Below, one piece after another: positions 1 through 8,735 of a stretch of 13,447 nt of DNA. Below the pieces are notes generated by a model. The model made no database searches and was not told where the DNA came from. It saw only the letters and a list, made by a program, of their open reading frames with translations. Both the position numbers and the translations under genes were made by a program. The DNA is taken from positions 1-13,447 of the forward strand of contig NW_021826161.1 in the NCBI RefSeq assembly GCF_006345805.1. The letters run 5' to 3'. The stretch's first letter is position 1. Every line of letters begins with the position of its first letter. This DNA is from Octopus sinensis (taxonomy: Eukaryota).

Positions 1-58
1 ATATACATCTACAACACTCTATTAACGAACAAGATGTGGAGCAGTACAAGTGCCTTAC

Positions 59-103
59 CCTTTGTTGGTAGTGTAATGGCAGGTGCTGGAGTTTTCTCCA
101 CAA
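59..103 (-). CDS. 45-nt Pro/Thr-rich linker micro-exon, copy 1 ((V)VEKTPAPAITLPTK(G))
   Basis: Acceptor ttttatttctcgcag, donor AAGG|gtaagg, phase 1-1, open frame; conserved in four copies. Confidence 0.85.
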
Positions 104-439
104 CTGCGAGAAATAAAAGTAATATTTACATTTGCATGTGCAAAGATGTGTTATCAGGTCTAATTTCAACGCACACAAGTGAACAATACACTTTACCCTA
201 CATTACACTTCTCTTCCAATGTATAGCGAGAATTAAGGATTCTAACAAATCACTGAAGAATGCGTTCTAAAAATATGTACACCATTTAATAACTATGCAC
301 AGAATTAATCATTTCTACCTGCGCATCGATGCCAAATTGATAACTTTCGCTAAATAATGATATCATATGTGATAGCAATAAGATTGACGTCAGCACACAC
401 CGCTACTAAAATAGAAAATAGTTTGCGTTAATGTCTCAC

Positions 440-496
440 CTCTCTTTCTTGTCGTCTCAATTATAGGTGTCCTTCTAGTTGGTTCTGGTTGACCTC
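440..496 (-). CDS. 57-nt linker micro-exon, copy 1 ((G)GQPEPTRRTPIIETTRKR)
   Basis: Acceptor ttatttttcgttggaag (AAG, moderate), donor AGAG|gtgaga. Only the phase 1-1 frame is open, which is the frame the VWA exon requires. Confidence 0.6.
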
Positions 497-1956
497 CTTC
501 CAACGAAAAATAATCCCAGAATTTAGTCAGCTCCAATCTCGTATAGATATGGAATACAATTTTATGCACTTGCACTCTCTTAATATTTAAATGCACTTAT
601 CTACATCTGTTTATCTATCTCACTAGCTATCATTCTGACCACATCTTTACCAAGTAGGCATACATCTACGCCAATATATAAATGCCCCAATATATAAATA
701 TATATACCTATATAAAAGTGAAAACATCTACTTACATATTTCAATATATTTATACGCTACATGTTCATTGATACTGGCCAACAATTTACATATATAGGCA
801 TAAACATGCATACACACACAAATATGCACATATATCGTTATATACGCATGTTTTATATGTATTCATCTATACATATAGACAACACGCGTATATAAGTTCA
901 TAGCTGTAGAATGAAATGTGGCGGTAGGAAATAGTGCATTAGATCACAGTTTTCTCAGTGTTAATCAATTCACAAATCAATACATGTATGAACCGGCACT
1001 CAATAACATATGCATTTCTCTAGGTTTTAGGTAAATTGAGAAAATTCCACATCATATCCATTAATCGAAATTCTATCAATTAAATGTTAGTTTCCCTTCA
1101 AAATTATGCAAGGAATAATGTGTATTAGATAAGCAATGTAAGACAACTGAAGCGCAACCTCATCCAGAAAGCTTTCATTTTTCCTTATATATACATACCG
1201 AAACATATACAAATGTAGATAGTTCTTCAGGAAGGAGCAAATTACTACACATCCTTGCAAAGAACTTTCTATAATATCTGGCGGTTCTAGACGATTTCAT
1301 CCAGTAAAGTATGTTAGATTCCAAAGCGCAATTTAAAATATTATTGAAATAATTATAATTACTGCAAGTGTAGCAAGTACATATTAGGGGACAATAAACA
1401 GCAATGTTTTGCATATCATGTGGTTTAGATGAAACAAGATCATAGACTGAATATCAAATGGATAAAGAATAAGATGATTGAAAGAAGGAGAATCAAATGG
1501 ATAGCCAGTTGACAGCATTAGTATGTTAACTGCATTATTTTAAGGAAGACAGTGAATTCCAAATTCTCTTGTAATTCATACTGATATTAGTAGGGCAGAT
1601 TCTACAGGAAACTTATCACAACCTACAAAATGTTATTTACTTGTTGCTACTTCAATCTGCTTAACACAGCAACATCAGACGTAGACAGTTTTACTTCTAA
1701 CGATGTCAAACGTTGTGAATGAGCATATAGAAGAGAAAGCAGCAAAATGTATGAATTTACATAAAACGGGCATCGAGTGAAGTTGTTAGGAGGCTTTGAG
1801 CAGCGTTAATTGTAAATACTTGCATGGAACATTGACTGAAAGTAACGCAATAACAGATCTTGTTAAAGATATCTTTGTTGAATATCTGTGATTATAGCTT
1901 TGATTAGTAACGCTTTAAAATAAAACACTGCTTTGCTAACATGCTAATTGCTATAC

Positions 1957-2528
1957 CTGGGCAATACTGCTCAAATATCTTTCTTTCAGATTCGACAGTT
2001 CGTTCGTTGAAGTCAGTCACATAAACATGTTTTCGTCAACAGGTAATGAGGAAATCTGGCTCAATTCTGTAGTGTCACTTAGACCAATACCAATGGCATA
2101 TATGTGGATGCCTTCCTCTCTGGCTTTCACTGCTTCTGGAATAGTGTCGTAAGCATTGACGTTCGATACGCCGTCAGTGAGCAGTATGGCAATATTGGGA
2201 ACGGATGCCCTGTCACCATTCTCTGTGCTGAACATTACAGTCCGCATGGTGTTAAGCCCGCCGTAAGTGTTTGTACTGCCGTAAACATATGGAATTTGGA
2301 GGACTGCATCGATTACTTCTTGCTTTGTTTGGAAAGCATTCAAATGGAATTGGATTTTCACGTCTGAACTGTAAAGGACTGCACCGATTCGAACATTGCC
2401 ATTGTCAATGGAAGCAGCAGACACAAAATCAACAATGAAATTTAGCATTTTCTTGAAGTTTTCTTCTTGGACACTAGTTGATGAGTCCAAAATGAAGATG
2501 ATGTCAGATTCTGTACCGCCACAATCAC
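1957..2528 (-). CDS. Second VWA exon copy, frameshifted near its 3' end as assembled (572 nt)
   Basis: Same splice sites as 5120-5689 and apparently no substitutions, but three indels between about 1975 and 2022 (-1, +4 TTCG duplication, -1; net +2) give a TGA at 2017-2019. Either a pseudo-exon or consensus error. Confidence 0.75.
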
Positions 2529-3208
2529 CTGGAGAACATTAGGATAACTTATCACTTATCGAATAATCCACTGCTACCACATAAATCTACATTTCTATTC
2601 CGAAAATATCTCAACGAAGCACCACCACAACTTTACACAACATGTATGTCATATGAATATATATGCGCAAAAAACAACATTGGAAAACATTAAACAAAGC
2701 AAACTCTTGCCTGCCTCACACCTATCTGAAAACTCGTACGCGACGAAGTATCGAGAATTTCAAACAATACGTGACAGAAACGAGCAGAACGACAACAAAG
2801 TACTTGCACTTGATTCATTTCAGAAAACGACATTCAACCCACCAGCAACAGCTCCAGGTAAATAATATTCCATGATGACAAAACAAAATACACACAATAT
2901 GTATTAAGAATTTCGACACAAATACTTTTTACAGCAAGAAACTTGCAAACGTCACTCACTTCGAAAGTCCAACTAGTCAATCTGGCACAAAACGCAAACA
3001 AAATACACGAAACACGAAAAAACTATACGGCAAAGACAAAAGGTTAAGAATCTATACATATTTAGACAACAGCAGCATCGAATTTTGCTGATAATCAACA
3101 GAAGACATCTCTCACACGAAAACGTGGACACACAACAAAATCATGCGCTCATATACATCTACAACACTCTATTAACGAACAAGATGTGGAGCAGTACAAG
3201 TGCCTTAC

Positions 3209-3253
3209 CCTTTGTTGGTAGTGTAATGGCAGGTGCTGGAGTTTTCTCCACAA
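3209..3253 (-). CDS. 45-nt linker micro-exon, copy 2
   Basis: Identical to 59-103, including both splice sites. Confidence 0.85.
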
Positions 3254-3598
3254 CTGCGAGAAATAAAAGTAATATTTACATTTGCATGTGCAAAGATGTG
3301 TTATCAGGTCTAATTTCAACGCACACAAGTGAACAATACACTTTACCCTACATTACACTTCTCTTCCAATATATAGCGAGAATTAAGGATTCTAACAAAT
3401 CACTGAAGAATGCGTTCTAAAAATATGTACACCATTTAATAACTATTTCATCTATGCACAGAATTAATCATTTCTACCTGCGCATCGATGCCAAATTGAT
3501 AACTTTCGCTAAATAATGATATCATATGTGATAGCAATAAGATTGATGTCAGCACACACCGCTACTAAAATAGAAAATAGTTTGCGTTAATGTCTCAC

Positions 3599-3655
3599 CT
3601 CTCTTTCTTGTCGTCTCAATTATAGGTGTCCTCCTAGTTGGTTCTGGTTGACCTC
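3599..3655 (-). CDS. 57-nt linker micro-exon, copy 2
   Basis: Same splice sites as 440-496; the single difference is synonymous (AGA>AGG, Arg). Confidence 0.6.
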
Positions 3656-5119
3656 CTTCCAACGAAAAATAATCCCAGAATTTAGTCAGCTCAACTCTCG
3701 TATAGATATGGAATACAATTTTATTCCACTTGCACTCTCTTAATATTTAAATGCACTTATCTACATCTGTTTATCTATCTCACTAGCTATCATTCTGACC
3801 ACATCTTTACCAAGTAGGCATACATCTACGCCAATATATAAATGCCCCAATATATAAATATATATACCTATATAAAAGTGAAAACATCTACTTACATATT
3901 TCAATATATTTATACGCTACATGTTCATTGATACTGGCCAACAATTTACATATATAGGCATAAACATGCATACACACACAAATATACACATATATCGTTA
4001 TATACGCATGTTTTATATGTATTCATCTATACATATAGACAACACGCGTATATAAGTTCATAGCTGTAGAATGAAATTTGGCGGTAGGAAATAGTGCATT
4101 AGATCACAGTTTTCTCAGTGTTAATCAATTCACAAATCAATACATGTATGAACCGGCACTCAATAACATATGCATTTCTCTAGGTTTTAGGTAAATTGAG
4201 AAAATTCCACATCATATCCATTAATCGAAATTCTATCAATTAAATGTTAGTTTCCCTTCAAAATTATGCAAGGAATAATGTGTATTAGATAAGCAATGTA
4301 AGACAACTGAAGCGCAACCTCATCCAGAAAGCTTTCATTTTTCCTTATATATACATACCGAAACATATACAAATGTAGATAGTTCTTCAGTAAGGAGCAA
4401 ATTACTACACATCCTTGCAAATAACTTTCTATAATATCTGGCGGTTCTAGACGATTTCATCCAGTAAAGTATGTTAGATTCCAAAGCGCAATTTAAAATA
4501 TTATTGAAACAATTATAATTACTGCAAGTGTAGCAAGTACATATTAGGGGACAATAAACAGCAATGTTTTGCATATCATGTGGTTTAGATGAAACAAGAT
4601 CATAGACTGAATATCAAATGGATAAAGAATAAGATGATTGAAAGAAGGAGAATCAAATGGATAGCCAGTTGACAGCATTAGTATGTTAACTGCATTATTT
4701 TAAGGAAGACAGTGAATTCCAAATTCTCTTGTAATTCATACTGATATTAGTAGGGCAGATTCTACAGGAAACTTATCACAACCTACAAAAGATGTTATTT
4801 ACTTGTTGCTACTTCAATCTGCTTAACACAGCAACATCAGACGTAGAACAGTTTTACTTCTAACGATGTCAAACGTTGTGAATGAGCATATAGAAGAGAA
4901 AGCAGCAAAATGTATGAATTTACATAAAACGGGCATCGAGTGAAGTTGTTAGGGCTTTGAGCAGCGTTAATTGTAAATACTTGCATGGAACATTGACTGA
5001 AAGTAACGCAATAACAGATCTTGTTAAAGATATCTTTGTTGAATATCTGTGATTATAGCTTTGATTAGTAACGCTTTAAAATAAAACACCGCTTTGTAAT
5101 AACATGCTAATTGCTATAC

Positions 5120-5689
5120 CTGGGCAATACTGCTCAAATATTCTTTCTTTCAGATTCGACAGTTCGTTGAAGTCAGTCACAATAAACATGTTTTCGTCAA
5201 CAGGTAATGAGGAAATCTGGCTCAATTCTGTAGTGTCACTTAGACCAATACCAATGGCATATATGTGGATGCCTTCCTCTCTGGCTTTCACTGCTTCTGG
5301 AATAGTGTCGTAAGCATTGACGTTCGATACGCCGTCAGTGAGCAGTATGGCAATATTGGGAACGGATGCCCTGTCACCATTCTCTGTGCTGAACATTACA
5401 GTCCGCATGGTGTTAAGCCCGCCGTAAGTGTTTGTACTGCCGTAAACATATGGAATTTGGAGGACTGCATCGATTACTTCTTGCTTTGTTTGGAAAGCAT
5501 TCAAATGGAATTGGATTTTCACGTCTGAACTGTAAAGGACTGCACCGATTCGAACATTGCCATTGTCAATGGAAGCAGCAGACACAAAATCAACAATGAA
5601 ATTTAGCATTTTCTTGAAGTTTTCTTCTTGGACACTAGTTGATGAGTCCAAAATGAAGATGATGTCAGATTCTGTACCGCCACAATCAC
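5120..5689 (-). CDS. Intact internal exon encoding one complete VWA domain (190 codons)
   Basis: Acceptor ttctccag|GT at 5690/5689 and donor CCAG|gtatag at 5120/5119; length 570 nt. Translation DCGGTESDIIFILDSSTSVQEENF...GSTNT...IAILLTDG...IYAIGIG...EQYCP has the MIDAS motif (DxSxS, T, D) and flanking cysteines. The 'M' of ORF 5076..5651 is really a TTG Leu and its last residues are intron read-through. Confidence 0.93.
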
Positions 5690-6366
5690 CTGGAGAACAT
5701 TAGGATAACTTATCACTTATCGAATAATCCACTGCTACCACATAAATCTACATTTCTATTCCGAAAATATCTCAACGAAGCACCACCACAACTTTACACA
5801 ACATGTATGTCATATGAATATATGCGCAAAAACAAACATTGGAAAACATTAAACAAAGCAAACTCTTGCCTGCCTCACACCTATCTGAAAACTCGTACGC
5901 GACGAAGTATCGAGAATTTCAAACAATACGTGACAGAAACGAGCAGAACGACAACAAAGTACTTGCACTTGATTCATTTCAGAAAACACGACATTCAACC
6001 CACCAGCAACAGCTCCAGGTAAATAATATTCCATGATGACAAAACAAAATACACACAATATGTATTAAGAATTTCGACACAAATACTTTTTACAGCAAGA
6101 AACTTGCAAACGTTCACTTCGAAAGTCCAAACTAGTCAACTGGCACAAAACGCAAACAAAATACACGAAACACGAAAAAACTATACGGCAAAGACAAAAG
6201 GTTAAGAATCTATACATATTTAGACAACAGCAGCATCGAATTTTGCTGATAATCAACAGAAGACATCTCTCACACGAAAACGTGGACACACAACAAAATC
6301 ATGCGCTCATATACATCTACAACACTCTATTAACGAACAAGATGTGGAGCAGTACAAGTGCCTTAC

Positions 6367-6411
6367 CCTTTGTTGGTAGTGTAATGGCAGGTGCTGGAGT
6401 TTTCTCGACAA
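6367..6411 (-). CDS. 45-nt linker micro-exon, copy 3
   Basis: Acceptor ttttatttctcacag, donor gtaagg; the single difference from copies 1/2 is synonymous (GTG>GTC, Val). Confidence 0.85.
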
Positions 6412-6734
6412 CTGTGAGAAATAAAAGTAATATTTACATTTGCATGTACAAACGTGTTAGGTTTAGTTTAAATGCGCACATGAAAACAATATGCTTCACT
6501 ACCAATAAATAGTGAGAATTGGTGATTGTAATAAATCACTGAATAAAAACATTCTCATAATTTGTATACCATTTAAGAAATATTATATCTTAACATAGAG
6601 TTAATGTTTGCTAACTCCTAGTTGATGCACAATTGAAAACCATCAGTAAATAATGATATCAAAATGACAGAAATAAGACTGATTTTAGCACACAGAGGTA
6701 CTAAAATACAATATAGTTTATGTTAACATCTCAC

Positions 6735-6791
6735 CTCTGTTTCTTATAGTCTCACTTATAGGTGTTCTTCTACTTCATTCTGGTTGACCTC
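6735..6791 (-). pseudogene. Degenerate 57-nt linker exon with in-frame stop
   Basis: 49/57 identical to copy 1 with no indel; donor gtgaga kept, acceptor weakened to gggag; CCA>TGA at 6775-6777. Confidence 0.6.
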
Positions 6792-6984
6792 CTCCCAATG
6801 AAAAATAATCCCAAAGTTTAGTAAGGTCAACTATCATATGCTTATTGAAAGCAATTTCATTGCTCTCATACACTCTAAGTATATACATCTGTTTATCTCT
6901 CTAACAAGCTCTCACTCTGCCCATACCTTTATCCAAGTAGACATCCATCTATCTGCATGTATATACGCCAATATATTAATGCAC

Positions 6985-7003
6985 ATATATATATATATAT
7001 ATA
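6985..7003. repeat. (AT)n microsatellite
   Basis: Directly visible. Confidence 0.9.
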
Positions 7004-7387
7004 CAAGTGAAAACTTATGTATTTACACATTTAAAGATATTTATACTCTACATATGCATTTTTACTGCCAATATGTATATGCATATATAATTGAAATTTA
7101 CAGAAAAATAAAAGATGAAGAAACGTTGGGAAAGTCTTTTACGTGAAGATCAACACAGTACTTTTACTTTATTCACTTCGGAAAACATTACCTTCAATTC
7201 AGTAGCAACAATTCCATGGAAAATCATATTCCATATTGACCAAAAAACAGTAAAATCACACAACATATATGAAGAATTCGCAAGGATTTAACATTGAGCA
7301 GGAATAATATTCACTCCAAAAAACTTTCCAATGTTCATTTGAAATGTCCAAAGCAAACAACTTGCGTGAAATGCAAAGAAAATATGA

Positions 7388-7446
7388 GATACGCCGTCAG
7401 TGAGCAGTATGGCAATATTGGGAACGGATGCCCTGTCACCATTCTC
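7388..7446 (-). other. Isolated 59-bp fragment of the VWA exon inside intron-homologous DNA
   Basis: 59/59 identical to 2165-2223 and 5326-5384; would encode ENGDRASVPNIAILLTDGV. Confidence 0.95.
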
Positions 7447-7482
7447 AGCAAAGGCAAAACAATAAAAATTTATGCATATATA

Positions 7483-7866
7483 GGCGCAGGAGTGGCTGTG
7501 TGGTAAGTAGCTTGTTTACCAAACCACATGGTTCCGGATTCAGTCCCTGTGTGGCACCTTGGCAAGTGTCTTCTACTATAGCCTCGGGCCAACCAAAGCC
7601 TTGTGAGTGGATTTGGTAGACGGAAACTGAAAGAAGCCCGTCGTATATATATATATGTGTGTTTGTGTGTCTGTGTTTGTCCCCCTACCATTGCTTGACA
7701 ACCGATGCTGGTGTGTTTATGTCCCCGTTACTTAGCGGTTCGGCAAAAGAGACCGATAGAATAAGTACTGGGCTTACAAAAGAATAAGTCCCAGGGTCGA
7801 GTTGCTCGATTAAAGGCGGTGCTCCAGCATGGCCGCAGTCAAATGACTGAAACAAGTAAAAGAGTA
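7483..7866 (+). mobile_element. tRNA-derived SINE resembling octopus OR-type/CORE-like SINEs
   Basis: 5' head GGCGCAGGAG with A-box-like TGGCTGTGTGG (7493-7503) and B-box-like GGATTCAGTCC (7536-7546), CORE-like ACCTTGGCAAGTG, internal (TA)/(TG) tract, 3' tail ...GCTCCAGCATGGCCGCAGTCAAATGACTGAAACAAGTAAAAGAGT. Flanked by ATATA direct repeats (7478-7482, 7867-7871). The family name is from memory, not a search. Confidence 0.88.
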
Positions 7867-8027
7867 ATATAGACAACAGCAATGAATTTTGCTGATAATC
7901 AAGATAATTCACTTCGATGATGAAACCCTCTTGTATGTAAATGTGTACACCCTTCAACAACTTGCACTCATATATTTCTACATCATTGTATCAACAAAGA
8001 ACATGTTGAGGAGTACAAGAGCCTTAC

Positions 8028-8072
8028 CCTTTGTTGGTAATATAATGGCAGGTGCTGGAGTTTTCTCCAGAA
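8028..8072 (-). CDS. 45-nt linker micro-exon, old copy 4 ((x)LEKTPAPAIILPTK(G))
   Basis: Acceptor tttttcacag, donor gtaagg; 42/45 identical to copy 1 with no indel, while flanking intron is visibly more diverged. Confidence 0.75.
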
Positions 8073-8409
8073 CTGTGAAAAATTATAGTAATGTTTACTT
8101 TTCCATGTGCAAATATGGTATGTCAGGTTTACTTTCTATGCACACCCATGAGCAATACACTTTATTCTCCTTTAGTTTTTATACCAACCAGTAGCAAGAA
8201 TTACTGGTTTTTAACAAATCTCTTAGCAAATACATTGTGAACATCTCTGCATGAATTAATACCTAATTTGATTGTGTAGCAAGTTAATATTAATAACCAA
8301 AGATTGATACCCAACTGAAAATTTTTCCTTAATATTGAAAATGAATGTGATAGAAATAAGATGGATGTAACACAACTAAGATAGAATATATATTATGTTC
8401 ACATTTCAA

Positions 8410-8442
8410 CTCTCGTTCTACTAGTTTGTTCTGGTTGCCCTC
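8410..8442 (-). pseudogene. Degenerate linker exon shortened to 33 nt, donor lost
   Basis: Acceptor ttcttctgaag then GA GGG CAA CCA GAA CAA ACT AGT AGA ACG AGA G (24 nt shorter, in frame); donor GTGAGA has become TTGAAA. Confidence 0.5.
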
Positions 8443-8735
8443 CTTCAGAAGAATGTTAATTCCAAAATTCATTAAAGTCAAGCTCCATATAGTTTTTGAA
8501 CACAATTGTAGTGCTCTTTCACACTGTTAATATATAAATACGTTCATGCACATTTGTTTACCTATCTAACTATCACTTTACATATATCTCTATATAACTA
8601 GACATCTATCAATCTAGATAGATAAATATATATATAGGTCTATATATCAATGCATATATGCACATGTGAAAACATGTACTTACACATCTAAATATAATTA
8701 TACATAAATATGCATTTATATTGCCAATATATATA

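Larger units (their letters stand above)
1..6447. repeat. Young tandem duplication, period 3150-3158 bp (units 1-3150, 3151-6308, third starting at 6309)
   Basis: atatacatctacaacactct recurs at 1, 3151 and 6309. About 25 difference events between units 1 and 2 (~99% identity). Near-identity of the third copy ends at about 6447. Confidence 0.97.
6448..7969. repeat. Old diverged unit lacking the VWA exon
   Basis: 6448-~7089 aligns to unit positions ~139-796, and ~7091-7969 aligns to ~2740-3150 (anchor caacacagtactt at 7151 vs caacaaagtactt at 2793). About 1.9 kb, including the VWA exon, is absent. Confidence 0.85.
59..8072 (-). other. Partial gene model: multi-VWA extracellular protein (collagen VI/matrilin-like), repeating exon order VWA(570 nt) > linker(57 nt) > linker(45 nt); continues beyond the left edge of the window
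   Basis: All exons have AG acceptors and GT donors and are phase 1-1. They splice in frame: ...EQYCP-G-GQPEPTRRTPIIETTRKR-V-VEKTPAPAITLPTK-G-DCGGTESDIIFILDSSTS... No start or stop exon lies in the window. The family label comes from domain content only. Confidence 0.8.

Noticed and set aside
34-270. Plus-strand ORF MWSSTSALPFVG... recurring at 3085-3420, 6243-6512 and 7889-8194, suggesting a conserved small or antisense gene
   Set aside because: It is the antisense shadow of the 45-nt exon. Between the young and old copies most changes are non-synonymous in this frame, the 6243 copy is frameshifted near 6450, and the stop position is not conserved.
726-780. Strong donor AT|GTAAGT near 731-736 as an additional exon in the long intron
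   Set aside because: No adequate upstream acceptor, nearby stops, and the site is not retained in the old unit at ~7015.
1175-1414. 79-aa minus-strand ORF present in both young units (also 4335-4574)
   Set aside because: Its conservation is explained by the recent duplication; the differences are non-synonymous, and it has no convincing splice sites or domain motif.
2104-2367. Plus-strand ORFs 2104-2367, 5104-5313, 5265-5528 and 7294-7506
   Set aside because: They overlap the VWA exon or its fragment on the opposite strand and have no independent coding signal.
2653-2875. Overlapping ORFs at 2653-2875 and 5807-6058
   Set aside because: Frames differ between the near-identical units because of indels; intronic sequence.
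7388-7446. The 59-bp VWA fragment as a functional new micro-exon
   Set aside because: The only usable sites (gctgag acceptor, GTATCT donor) are weak and give a phase 0-0 exon, incompatible with the phase 1 chain.
7483-7560. tRNA gene
   Set aside because: It has A/B-box-like motifs but no convincing cloverleaf and continues directly into a SINE body and tail.
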